The notes: generated by a model not told the origin, from the letters alone. DNA of 64,000 nucleotides from a bacterium (GCA_030698395.1 JAUYKW010000026.1:12797-76796); one strand, 5' to 3'; numbered from the stretch's first letter, positions 38,714 to 49,002 are shown. Numbers and translations are program-made.

Positions 38714-39787
38714 ATGATGAAAGCATTAAAACAATTCTACTACCTATATAGATGGCCACTCATAATAATGTTATCTATCTTTATACTATCGGTAATTTTA
38801 GGTATAGTTTTGCCCTCAGCTTGGAAACTAATCATGTTCGAATCTATTGCTGACAAGTTTGATCAAATTCTATCAGGTGCAACCAACGATCTTCATCTAA
38901 CCCAAAGAGTCTTCTTAAACAACTTAATGGTAAGTACAATTTTATATGCTTTAGGTTTTAGCGTAATTTTGCCAATCTTCATAATTATTAGCAATGGCAT
39001 AATGATAGGTATCTTCATTTCCTTACTAGTTCGAGCCGAAGCAATAATGCCAGGAGTTTTTACCAGCTCGATCATATCATTAATACCACATGGCATATTT
39101 GAACTTAGTGCATTTTTTATTGCAGGAGCATTAAGTATAATCGCTACTATCAAAGTTATATTTACAAAAATTGTTGAACCCACAAAATCACGCAAGTTTG
39201 TTCTCTATGAATCATTTATGCGTTTCTTTATTTTAGTCATGCCCCTACTAATTATCGCTGCTTTTGTTGAAGTCTATATATCAAACAACGTAAGAGAAGC
39301 ATATCTAAACTTAAACGCAAAACGTCATATTAACGATAAATTACAGGTAGCTATTAATCCAAAATTTATTTCCGATAAAAATTGTCATCCAAATACAAAA
39401 TCTAATGCATCAGAGGATGATAATGCTGGCACAAATCTTACTAGCATTGCCACTATTTTATATGATGAAGATATTAATGTTCAATTAAAAAAACGCAAAC
39501 AAGGGTCATATTGGAATACAAATTATAAATGTGATGATAATTTCTTTATCGCCATTCAAGTATGGTCTGGAGATTCTTGGAGTATAGATCAAGGAATTGA
39601 CTTGCAAAAAAAGATCTTAAACATCTCTAATGCGGATTTTAAAATAAGTAACTATAATACTAATAGGATTATATTAAACTCTGAAAATCCAGATAATAAA
39701 TCTATTATTGAATTTCTTGAATTAAACAATAAAGTTGTTATGTTGGAAGCACCTTACTTTGAAACAAATGAAATTATTTCTCAGTAA
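38714..39787 (+). CDS. SpoIIM-family membrane protein with C-terminal extension
   Basis: FLNN, NG, PHGIFEL, AAFVEVYIS. Confidence 0.8.
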   Translation: MMKALKQFYYLYRWPLIIMLSIFILSVILGIVLPSAWKLIMFESIADKFDQILSGATNDLHLTQRVFLNNLMVSTILYALGFSVILPIFIIISNGIMIGIFISLLVRAEAIMPGVFTSSIISLIPHGIFELSAFFIAGALSIIATIKVIFTKIVEPTKSRKFVLYESFMRFFILVMPLLIIAAFVEVYISNNVREAYLNLNAKRHINDKLQVAINPKFISDKNCHPNTKSNASEDDNAGTNLTSIATILYDEDINVQLKKRKQGSYWNTNYKCDDNFFIAIQVWSGDSWSIDQGIDLQKKILNISNADFKISNYNTNRIILNSENPDNKSIIEFLELNNKVVMLEAPYFETNEIISQ

Positions 39788-39795
39788 ATTCTAGG

Positions 39796-41505
39796 TTAAA
39801 ATGATTGACGCTCTCGATATTCTGTAACTTTATCCGATAACCGCATTAATACACCGTCTCTTTGCTCTGATCCTAATTTATCAATAACTTGAGCATACTC
39901 TTCAACTTCACTCGGATTGTCAATACCGTTTCTTTCCAAATAATGTGAAAACTCTTGTCTAGCGATTAACTCATTTTCATTACCTTTCTGGTATTCATCT
40001 AGACGTATCCCTAACCTAACTAATACTTCATATAATCTAATTACTCTGATCGGGCGTGATAAAATATCTACTTCTTCAATAGATTCTCGCCGTAATTGTT
40101 TACTTAAAAAATCAAATGCTTCCTGATTTCTTTCTGTATGAGTTTTATTATTAGTAGATTCCTCAGCATGCTTGGCATAAGCATATAACAATTCCCTATC
40201 CACAATTGCTCTTGGTACTGAATTCATGTCATGACCATATTCAGCTAATATGGTTTCGTAAAACAATATACTATCTGCCGGTGATTTAAAATGTTCTTTG
40301 CCGAATTGTTGAGTATGCCACGCTAAAACTGATTGTGGATCACTATCAATTAATGAATTTGAAACATCAGAGCGAGAATTTGTAGTATCTACACCTATTA
40401 CGTCAACGCTATTATCTGGTTTTGCCAAAACAAACATACCCCTGGTATGTTTTGCATCACTTGCCTGAGCAACTGGGACATACAACAAACCACGATCTGC
40501 CAAATCAAACATTTCATTAGCTACCACCCAACTGCTAATATTAACCCTCTCAATATCTCTACATACACCTTTACGCTCGATCATTAACTCCTCGATAGTT
40601 AAATTCACATGACTGCTAGTTAGTTCTGGATCATAATCAGCGTAACCACTGGCTAATCTAGTATCGTAATCAAATTCAGATGCGGGGGTCTGTAATAAAA
40701 CCATCCACTGATAAGTTGTTAACCCCTCGAACGCTTCCAGACTATCAAGATCATTCCAACCGAATCTTTCCGCAGCACTACTCCATTCCTCCATCATTTG
40801 CGTCTGTACAAAATCAGGATTACCAAATTCCATATTTCCATACATTCCTGCATAAGATGGATACTCACCTGGTTCCATAATCCTTGGCTCGAAACCTCCG
40901 GAAGGTGTACCAACTAAAGCTGGTACATCAATAAGAGATTGACTATATTGTAAATCAAATACATCTTTATACATCTGAAATGTTGTGTTGTCTGGTACAT
41001 ACCACGCATCTTCTCTGGCCGGTAATTCTATATCCCAATTATGGGGTTTATTATAATCTTGAATAAATATTGAATATTCCCCAGCATTAATATCTACCTC
41101 TATCGCGCTTTCTCTTTCGATATAATTAATTGAACTTATAGCTTGTGCAGTGGATATTGTTTCTGCAGATCCTTTATCCATTCCTCTATTTTGAATAGTC
41201 AAAGCCGAAGCCATACCCAAAGAACCAATTACTGCTAATCCAGTAATCAACTGATTTAATCTAGCACGTGATATTGCTGGTAAATTAATTTCTGGTTGAG
41301 TATCAATATCATCATAAGAAGTGGGTGTCAAAAAAACACCAAGTGAATCATTAGCTCGTACCTCAAAATAACTATCCATCAAAGCGTGCATCACGTCTCC
41401 ATCGCTCGGCTCTAATAATTCAGCAGAAAAATGACGCCCTTGTTCAACACCACTACTATTATTTCCTTTATCTCTTTTATTTAATCTGTCTGGTGATATT
41501 GGCAT
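39796..41505 (-). CDS. Membrane-anchored hypothetical protein, possible transglutaminase-like domain
   Basis: TM helix near residue 90-100; GVCRD...H...VDTT spacing. Confidence 0.55.
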   Translation of the reverse strand: MPISPDRLNKRDKGNNSSGVEQGRHFSAELLEPSDGDVMHALMDSYFEVRANDSLGVFLTPTSYDDIDTQPEINLPAISRARLNQLITGLAVIGSLGMASALTIQNRGMDKGSAETISTAQAISSINYIERESAIEVDINAGEYSIFIQDYNKPHNWDIELPAREDAWYVPDNTTFQMYKDVFDLQYSQSLIDVPALVGTPSGGFEPRIMEPGEYPSYAGMYGNMEFGNPDFVQTQMMEEWSSAAERFGWNDLDSLEAFEGLTTYQWMVLLQTPASEFDYDTRLASGYADYDPELTSSHVNLTIEELMIERKGVCRDIERVNISSWVVANEMFDLADRGLLYVPVAQASDAKHTRGMFVLAKPDNSVDVIGVDTTNSRSDVSNSLIDSDPQSVLAWHTQQFGKEHFKSPADSILFYETILAEYGHDMNSVPRAIVDRELLYAYAKHAEESTNNKTHTERNQEAFDFLSKQLRRESIEEVDILSRPIRVIRLYEVLVRLGIRLDEYQKGNENELIARQEFSHYLERNGIDNPSEVEEYAQVIDKLGSEQRDGVLMRLSDKVTEYRERQSF

Positions 41506-41647
41506 ATTTTTACTTCTGGCTTATAAAAATAACTAGACAAGATACACTTTTAATACATAAATGTCAATTCCTTTCTAACCACTATATTATATCAACTTGA
41601 CCAGAAAATATACATCGTGTAGTATTTTTAAGCTGATTATACAGCGT

Positions 41648-42021
41648 GGCCCGTTCGCCCGCCTGCAACGCTTTGCGTAGCGTAGCGTAGCAATGCGGGC
41701 AGGTCTAGTTAATCCTTTCGCAACAATTCATAATTAAATTACGTTTTGTTGTGAACGGATTAGAGCAAAAATATGTTCTATACTTACGTTCTAAAAAGCC
41801 ATAAAGACGGAAAGCTATACATCGGATGGACAAATAACCTCCAACTACGTATAAAACTCCATAACTATGGTAAAGTGAAATCAACCAAAAATCGCAGACC
41901 TTTAAATCTAGTTTATTATGAAGCTTGTCTAAATAAGACAAACGCAATTGCGAGAGAAAAAGCTCTGAAGACTGGTTTCGGAAGGTCGTATTTAAAAAAA
42001 CGGATAAGCGATTTATAACAT
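41648..42021 (+). mobile_element. GIY-YIG mini-element bounded by a duplicated tRNA-Glu 5' end
   Basis: GGCCCGTTCG[46-bp palindromic insert]TCTAGT at 41648-41709 equals the tRNA-Glu 5' end at 42022. Confidence 0.7.
41773..42018 (+). CDS. Stand-alone GIY-YIG nuclease
   Basis: FYTYVL..LYIGWT.NL..R...HN.G, YYEA, A..REK.LK.G.GR. Confidence 0.9.
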   Translation: MFYTYVLKSHKDGKLYIGWTNNLQLRIKLHNYGKVKSTKNRRPLNLVYYEACLNKTNAIAREKALKTGFGRSYLKKRISDL

Positions 42022-42093
42022 GGCCCGTTCGTCTAGTGGTTAGGACATCAGGTTTTCATCCTGAAAACAGGGGTTCAATTCCCCTACGGGCTA
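42022..42093 (+). tRNA. tRNA-Glu(TTC), CCA not encoded
   Basis: GGCCCGT/ACGGGCT stem, TCAGG-ttTTCat-CCTGA anticodon arm. Confidence 0.93.
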
Positions 42094-42098
42094 CATGG

Positions 42099-42129
42099 AA
42101 AAATTCACGTCTGAAAGACGTGGATTTTT
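42099..42129 (+). terminator. Intrinsic terminator after tRNA-Glu
   Basis: AAAATTCACGTCT-gaa-AGACGTGGATTTT. Confidence 0.7.
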
Positions 42130-42190
42130 ATTAAATTGGATTTTTTCTCTTACCTATGTTACTGTCTTTATGATTAGCATAAGCACTGAA

Positions 42191-42901
42191 ATGAAACGTA
42201 TTACTAAACATTCTCTATCATTTACCCTTGTTCTCAGTCTTCTGTGGATTCCTTTTATTACTCAAGCAAATGTAATTCCTGTTGATGGCCCAACTTGGTA
42301 TCCTCAAATACAAGTTACCATAGATGATGAACCTATTGATAACTCATATGTACTCCGACTAGCACATCCATATCCTTCTACTAACGCAAAAGGTGTAACT
42401 AAAATAGGTTACGAACGTAAAGTTATGCGTTGCGATCAAGGTTTATGTTTCATTTTTCCATATGCCAAATATGATGATGAAAAGCCAAAATACTATGTAG
42501 AAAAACTCTCCAAACAAGTTCCAGAGAGCGCTATTGAAGATTTTGTTCATATAGATAAAGGTTTCTACAAAAAACAAAAAAACACTATCGAAGAAACTTA
42601 TGATGTAACCGAACAATTACAGAACCTAGATTTTGATAAGCAATATCTATTATCAGTAGATTCTCTTTCTGGATTTAGTAAAGTTGAAAATCAAAATTTC
42701 CATGACAATCCTCTATACAAAGAGTACAAAGATATGTATCAAGGCCAGTTAAGAGATAGTGTTTTTTCAATCATCGGCCTATTCCTAAAATCCTTTGGCA
42801 TACCAATATTTGTTATTCTAGTAATCATCTTTGGAATACTCACATATACTAGTAAACGTAGAGCAGATAAAAAGAATAAAGATAAAAAAGGCTCTCTATA
42901 A
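42191..42901 (+). CDS. Secreted protein with C-terminal TM anchor
   Basis: Signal peptide from the ATG at 42191; C-terminal TM plus basic tail. Confidence 0.7.
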   Translation: MKRITKHSLSFTLVLSLLWIPFITQANVIPVDGPTWYPQIQVTIDDEPIDNSYVLRLAHPYPSTNAKGVTKIGYERKVMRCDQGLCFIFPYAKYDDEKPKYYVEKLSKQVPESAIEDFVHIDKGFYKKQKNTIEETYDVTEQLQNLDFDKQYLLSVDSLSGFSKVENQNFHDNPLYKEYKDMYQGQLRDSVFSIIGLFLKSFGIPIFVILVIIFGILTYTSKRRADKKNKDKKGSL

Positions 42902-43036
42902 TTTTTTTCATCTGTTTTAACTACAACATATCACTTTTTTTGTTCTCTTTCTACGAAGAGAAAATCATATAAATTGATTAAATAACTGTTAGAATGTTAT
43001 ACTTTTTATAATTATTATTGCTAAATAAAAACTAAT

Positions 43037-44953
43037 ATGAGAAAATTTTTCTTCTACCTCATAAGCATTTCAATAGGACTATTTGCGTTTACAGCATCTG
43101 CACAAGCAGCTGCAACGCTAAATGGTACCATACACGATATTAATGGCGATGTTATCACAGGTACATCTTGCGTAACATATACAGTTTCTGGAACGGATAC
43201 TGACACAGGAACCATAACTACTAATGGTACTTTTAGCGCAACGGTAAATGGTGGTGAAATATATACGATTGCATTTAGTTCAGCCACAACAGACTGTATT
43301 CCAGTAGAGCGAACACAACGCTCTTATTATTTGACGAACGGGAATACAATAGATGATAATTTCTATTTGGATGTTCCCGAAAGAAGAGGAAGAATTCGTG
43401 GAAAAGTCGTAAATGCCAGAAAAGATAATGTACCTATCGATGACATAGAAGTTAGAATCTATGGTGAAGACGCAGAAGAAATAACATCCAACTACAATAC
43501 AACTACAAATAGTACAGGTAATTTTAATACAACAGTACCTGTTGGCAATTACGACATTGTTATTAAAGTAAATAATGATAAACCATGTCCTTTAGAATCT
43601 GATAGTGAGCTATGGTTCGAAACTAAATGTTATGATTACGTATTACTAGACCAAGAAATTTCTGCTGGTGAAGATCTTAATTTAGGAACAGTTAACTTCA
43701 CCGGTGGTGATGATTTAACAGTTTTCTATATAACGAAACGTAATAGTCAGGGAAATTTTGACTACATTAACTTTGATCAACTATATGTAATAGCTCACTC
43801 AAATTCTGGTAAGCTTATTCAATATGCAACTAGTGGTGCAACTCTTCTTGGTAATACCGCCTTTGGACGTATCATACAATCCGACACACAACCTTATGCA
43901 AGCTTTGTCCTAGATGCTGATGAAGATTGGACATTTGATGCTTTCGCTATCGAAGGAACAAAAGCATATCACGGTGTCTTATCTTTAAATGCAGAGCAAA
44001 TCCCAGAAGTTGATTGGACAGAACCAAGATTGAATGAACCCAATCAAAGAGGAAATGCAGGACAAGCAGACATTCTTGTTAGTGAAGTTTACACCTACGA
44101 TGCTACTGCAGGAGTTGATGTAACGTTTAATTCAACTACGGCTAGAACAATAAATTCTAGCGATGGTCTACCAACTGGTACTGAAGTAGTGATACCTGCT
44201 TATGCAATTGATGATGGTGGAAATGTAAATGTTGTCATGGAACCAGCGTTCGATATCCTTACACCTCAATATCCACTTAATGGCTTCTCCTGGAATTTAA
44301 CAGCTTATGACAACATTAATGAAACTGTTAGCGAATTCAACAGACCAATCACTATCACTTTACCTTATGATGAAGCAGAACTTGTGGTATTAGGAGTTAA
44401 TGAAAGCGATGTTCAGCCTTGGTACTATAATGAAACTTCTGAAAGATGGAAAAGAGTTCCAACACCAAATGTAACTGTTGATACTGTGGCTAATACAGTA
44501 ACATTTACAACTTATCATTTTTCTCAATATGGTTTACTAGCAGACCGAATAACAGACTTGGATATCGAATACACAATGGGTAATGCAAAAAAGCAAGTTC
44601 GCGCTACACCCAGAAAAGTACGCAAAGTCCGCATAGATGAACTTACGTATGATGCCGTTAATAATAACGTAAAGATGAGAGTTTCCTGGCAGCACAAAAA
44701 AAGAAATAATGGTTATTTAGTAGATGTTATTAAAGTAAATAGCAATGACAGGGTTGTTAGAAAAAATAAAGAAAGAAATAAAAAAACCAAACTGGACAAA
44801 AGAATGCATGTCAAATTTAAAAACAGTTCTGGTTTAAAAACAAATAAAACCTACAGATTAAGAGTGAAAGCATATAAATGGGTTCATAGTAAATATATAT
44901 ACGGCAAGTGGAGTAAAAAGATAAAATTCCATACACCGGAAAAACCAGTATAA
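43037..44953 (+). CDS. Secreted beta-rich surface protein (carboxypeptidase-regulatory-like and FN3-like modules)
   Basis: Signal peptide, GRIRGKVVN, TTYHFSQYGL, basic C-terminal YRLRVKAY..YGKWS. Confidence 0.7.
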   Translation: MRKFFFYLISISIGLFAFTASAQAAATLNGTIHDINGDVITGTSCVTYTVSGTDTDTGTITTNGTFSATVNGGEIYTIAFSSATTDCIPVERTQRSYYLTNGNTIDDNFYLDVPERRGRIRGKVVNARKDNVPIDDIEVRIYGEDAEEITSNYNTTTNSTGNFNTTVPVGNYDIVIKVNNDKPCPLESDSELWFETKCYDYVLLDQEISAGEDLNLGTVNFTGGDDLTVFYITKRNSQGNFDYINFDQLYVIAHSNSGKLIQYATSGATLLGNTAFGRIIQSDTQPYASFVLDADEDWTFDAFAIEGTKAYHGVLSLNAEQIPEVDWTEPRLNEPNQRGNAGQADILVSEVYTYDATAGVDVTFNSTTARTINSSDGLPTGTEVVIPAYAIDDGGNVNVVMEPAFDILTPQYPLNGFSWNLTAYDNINETVSEFNRPITITLPYDEAELVVLGVNESDVQPWYYNETSERWKRVPTPNVTVDTVANTVTFTTYHFSQYGLLADRITDLDIEYTMGNAKKQVRATPRKVRKVRIDELTYDAVNNNVKMRVSWQHKKRNNGYLVDVIKVNSNDRVVRKNKERNKKTKLDKRMHVKFKNSSGLKTNKTYRLRVKAYKWVHSKYIYGKWSKKIKFHTPEKPV

Positions 44954-44963
44954 GAGAATAAAT

Positions 44964-44993
44964 AAAGAGGTGTCTAAAATAGTCACCTCTTTT
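44964..44993 (+). terminator. Intrinsic terminator
   Basis: AAAGAGGTG...CACCTCTTTT. Confidence 0.6.
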
Positions 44994-45048
44994 GTTACCA
45001 AAAAAAATATCCTTGCATTAATTATCGAGGATCAGTATAATATATTTA

Positions 45049-45591
45049 ATGGCGACTAAACATAAAGAGTTCAAAAATAAAATAAAAGATCTACAAACGG
45101 AGGACTTCGAGCATCCAGAAGATTTTTTTAGTCGTGCGCATGAACTAAACGAATCCAGCGCTCAACCAGGAACTCTATATACAGACGAAACTCCACCATC
45201 TCAAAGATTAACCAATGCAGATGAAATGTGGATTGATGCTAGCAATGAAGGCTATGAAGGGCAACTTGCTATTGATGTTTACCAAGACGACAAATTTTTA
45301 TATGTAAAAGCAATCGTTGGCGGTGTACCACCAGATGATATTGAAATACACCTAAACAATGATATGTTAACAATCAAAGGAAAACGATCTCAGCCTGATA
45401 TGGGTATAGACCCAGAGAATTATTATATTCAAGAATGTTACTGGGGTGGTTTCTCTAGATCCGTAATCCTACCTGTAGATATCCAAAACGAACAAGTTGA
45501 AGCAATTACAGAGAATGGTGTACTCACAATTACTCTACCAAAATCAAATCGACCAAAAAACGCAAGAATTCCGATTAAGGAAATAAAGTAG
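45049..45591 (+). CDS. Hsp20/alpha-crystallin small heat-shock protein
   Basis: LAIDVYQ, LTIKGKR, ECYWGGFSRSVILP, NGVLTITLPK. Confidence 0.92.
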   Translation: MATKHKEFKNKIKDLQTEDFEHPEDFFSRAHELNESSAQPGTLYTDETPPSQRLTNADEMWIDASNEGYEGQLAIDVYQDDKFLYVKAIVGGVPPDDIEIHLNNDMLTIKGKRSQPDMGIDPENYYIQECYWGGFSRSVILPVDIQNEQVEAITENGVLTITLPKSNRPKNARIPIKEIK

Positions 45592-45747
45592 CAATCGTTT
45601 AGAACCAGGAGGGTACAAAGATTAATATTTTGTTAACGAGCGCTGTGTCGAAATGCATACTGCGCTATTTAATATTGACGTTTTTCCCGATTACTGGTAA
45701 ACAGGTCTAGTTACAAATAATAATAAATACAGAAAGTGTAAAAAATA

Positions 45748-47784
45748 ATGACAAATCAAGAATCAAAAAAGAAACAACCTCCAGTTGATGAGAAGAAATC
45801 TACAGAAAAAAAGGTTATTGAAGAACAACCTACAGAAAAAACATCTCCTGAAAAAAAGAAATTCCCTATCAAAAAAACTCTTGGCATTATCGCCGGAAGC
45901 ATCGTCGTGCTTATACTACTTATTATTGTTGGTTATTTTATTTATGAATACACCTACCAAGATAAAATTTATCCAGGCGTAACGTTAAACAATGAAGACA
46001 TGTCTGGAAAAACCTATTCAGACATAACTAGTGAAATAAATACCTATAAAGCATCATTAGATAATACAGGTTTAAATTTTAGCTACGAAGAAAAAGAATA
46101 TTCTATCAAACCACAAACAAAGGATGAAGAAAGTGGTGATATTATGTATTTAGTTAATATTAATACTGACGAAACAGCACAGGCAATATATGGTATAGGT
46201 AGAAGCGATGATGAGCAAACAAATCTAAAAAACAAAGTTAGTGCTTTATTTGGTGGGTATGACGTTACACCAAATTATTCTGTAGATAAAGAAACACTGA
46301 TAGCGTTATTGAGTAACGAATTCAGTGAATTCGAACAACCAGATGAAAATGCTAAACTTAGTTTTTCAGAAAACGGTGAAATACAAATTAGTGACCATAA
46401 AGATGGCTACACTTTTGATTGGGAATCATATCTGGATGAAGTGGAAAGCAATTTAAACAGTTTTGAACCTGTTAATATTAAGCTAGAACTTACTGCTAAT
46501 CCTGCACCAATTACTACGGAAACTGCCGAAAATATGCGTACCGAAATTGAGGCTATCTCAGATCTCTCTCCAATAACACTTACTTATGAAGATCAAACAT
46601 TTGAAATTGAAAGTGAAGAATTTAATTCTTGGTTAATGCTCACAGAAAATGGAGTTAGTTTTGATGAAGAACTTGTTGATTCATCACTCGATACTATTGC
46701 AGGTAAAATTGATATTCCCGTTAAAGAAGGACGCTTTAGCTTAGACATAGTAAACGATGTGGTGGAACTAACTCAATTCGAAGAAGGCGCTGATGGACTG
46801 GAAGTAAATATCGAAAAAACCATTACAGAAGTAAACGCATCAATTCTTGATAATAAACAAAGTAAATCAGAGCTTATAGTTGAAGTGACAACTCCCCGCG
46901 TAACACCAGGCAACCTAAACGAACTAGGAGTTAAAGAAATCTTAGGAACCGGAACTACTAGCTTTGCCGGAAGCCCATATAACCGTATTGGTAATATTCA
47001 AAAAGGTGCAGATTTATTAAATGGTTTGTTAATAGCCCCTGGAGAAACTTTCTCATTAATGAAATTACTATCACCAGTTGATATTGCTCATGGTTGGCTT
47101 TCAGAATTAGTTATTAAAGGAGATAAATTGGAAAAAGAAGCTGGCGGTGGGCTATGCCAGATTGGTACAACGGTTTTTAGAGCAACTATGATGTCTGGAT
47201 TAGAAGTAGTAGAACGACGTAATCATTCTTGGGCAGTATCATATTATAATTACAATGGAAAAGCTGGAGTTGATGCAACCATTTATGAACCATCTCCTGA
47301 TTATAAATTTAAAAATGATACTGAAAATTATATATTGATCCGTAGTAGAATAGAAGGTAGTGATATATACTTTGAATTCTGGGGTACATCTGATGGTAGA
47401 AAAGGTAGCTTTACTGAGCCTACAAACTACGGCTATGTATATCCTGGTCCAACCGAAGAAATAGTTGATCCTAGTTTACCGCCGGGTGCCAGAAATTGTC
47501 CTACTCATGCTTTTACCGGAGTTAGCGCATCATTTGATTATATTATTGAACGTCCAGATGGTTCCATAGACACAACTAATTACACTAGTGTATACAAATC
47601 ACGATCTGCCGTGTGTATGGTTGGTCCAGAAGCTGAAAAAACACCTACTGAAGAAACTACTCAAGATATTACTGAAACAGTCGACACAACGACTCCAGTT
47701 GTAACTCCGGAAGTTGATGTTCCTACCGAAACAACAAAAGATACAACTAAGAAAGATACGACAAAAAAGAAAAAGAAGAATTAA
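45748..47784 (+). CDS. VanW-family protein with PG-binding repeats
   Basis: IYPGV, PGETFS, GGGLCQIGTT, ERRNHS, GVDATI. Confidence 0.88.
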   Translation: MTNQESKKKQPPVDEKKSTEKKVIEEQPTEKTSPEKKKFPIKKTLGIIAGSIVVLILLIIVGYFIYEYTYQDKIYPGVTLNNEDMSGKTYSDITSEINTYKASLDNTGLNFSYEEKEYSIKPQTKDEESGDIMYLVNINTDETAQAIYGIGRSDDEQTNLKNKVSALFGGYDVTPNYSVDKETLIALLSNEFSEFEQPDENAKLSFSENGEIQISDHKDGYTFDWESYLDEVESNLNSFEPVNIKLELTANPAPITTETAENMRTEIEAISDLSPITLTYEDQTFEIESEEFNSWLMLTENGVSFDEELVDSSLDTIAGKIDIPVKEGRFSLDIVNDVVELTQFEEGADGLEVNIEKTITEVNASILDNKQSKSELIVEVTTPRVTPGNLNELGVKEILGTGTTSFAGSPYNRIGNIQKGADLLNGLLIAPGETFSLMKLLSPVDIAHGWLSELVIKGDKLEKEAGGGLCQIGTTVFRATMMSGLEVVERRNHSWAVSYYNYNGKAGVDATIYEPSPDYKFKNDTENYILIRSRIEGSDIYFEFWGTSDGRKGSFTEPTNYGYVYPGPTEEIVDPSLPPGARNCPTHAFTGVSASFDYIIERPDGSIDTTNYTSVYKSRSAVCMVGPEAEKTPTEETTQDITETVDTTTPVVTPEVDVPTETTKDTTKKDTTKKKKKN

Positions 47785-47816
47785 TCATAAACAAAATCGT
47801 ATCTACTATTTATTGT

Positions 47817-48000
47817 GTCGTTTTTAATTTTTAGTTTCAAAAATCCCCGAAGTCTGTAGGCAAGAGAACTTGCGGAAGGGATGCATAGAGCTTGCGCCTT
47901 ATATATCCTTCCTACACGTTCCCATGCTCGTCGTGCCTACAGGAGTCAGGGATTTTTGCTTTTAAATTTATGCCGATCGAATACAAATTATTCAAACGAC
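47817..48000 (-). ncRNA. Candidate ~184-nt rod-shaped ncRNA (6S-like?)
   Basis: Promoter TTGACA-N17-TATACT (48034-48006); nested stems; no ORF. Confidence 0.55.
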
Positions 48001-48256
48001 CAAATAGTATAGCGGACTCTTGCCTATTTGTCAAGAGGTATGATAAAGCCAAGCATCAATAATGTACGTATTTAAGCTAACATTAGCAAAATTCTATGTT
48101 TTTAAACTCTTTATAAGAACGTATCAATAAATACGAACTTGACTCATATCTAGTTATTCACTACGGTGATGGTCCGGTTGCACTCATAGCTATGTGTGCG
48201 ATGACTGGGCCTTGAAAAACACTCACGAAGCCACTGTGCTTCTAGCGGAGACGAAA

Positions 48257-48721
48257 TTGCAGACCGACGCCCCAACCCCTGACCTCACCCCCCGCCCTCA
48301 GAACTCTACGAAGACGCTCCCGACCGCACAGATCATCGCCGAAATCGTGATGGCTACTGGCGAAGACCGCAACCGCCTCGTGGTCATGCTGGCCATCGAG
48401 ATCGAGCTCCGGCGGATCGCGTACGAGCTGCTCACGCTCGCGCCGAACAAGATCCACGACGTCGGACAGCTGACCCCCTGCTTGGAACAGGCCGAAGCAC
48501 TGGACGAACTGATCCTCAAGCACCAGCTCGATGAGCGTGTGACCGACGTGATCGTACTGCTCGATGAGCGTGTGACCGACTCGTCAACCATCATCCGGGC
48601 CGCGAACATGCTCGCCCAGGCCGCGAACCGGATCGCGACGCAGGCCAAGGAGGTGGCGGATGATCTGCGCAAGGATCGCCTCAAGCCCCCCGAGCCGTTC
48701 GTAGCGATCAACGGCTGCTGA
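48257..48721 (+). CDS. GC-rich islet 8: helical orphan protein
   Basis: TTGACT(48139)-N17-TACGGT, GGAG before the TTG at 48257; internal 22-bp repeat. Confidence 0.65.
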   Translation: MQTDAPTPDLTPRPQNSTKTLPTAQIIAEIVMATGEDRNRLVVMLAIEIELRRIAYELLTLAPNKIHDVGQLTPCLEQAEALDELILKHQLDERVTDVIVLLDERVTDSSTIIRAANMLAQAANRIATQAKEVADDLRKDRLKPPEPFVAINGC

Positions 48722-48861
48722 CTCACAAGTCAACCGGACAGGAGGAGTTCCGGACGAAATCACACTAGCAGGCATGGTAGCAATACCCACCCGCAAAGAG
48801 ATCTCGTCCGGTACCCCGCACACAATCTTTTTCAACATCTTCAACTTATTTCATCTATTCC

Positions 48862-48886
48862 AAGACGCGATAAATCGCGTCTTTAC
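48862..48886 (-). repeat. REP-like palindrome
   Basis: GTAAAGACGCGATTTATCGCGTCTT on the minus strand. Confidence 0.7.
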
Positions 48887-49002
48887 TCTTTTTCAATACA
48901 TACTGCCCTTGACTTTAGGGTCTTTTTTTACTACGGTTGTAGCCTGGTCGCAAGCAAATGTAACCAGATTCCACTGAAACTCTCACCTCCAAAGGAGCAG
49001 AA

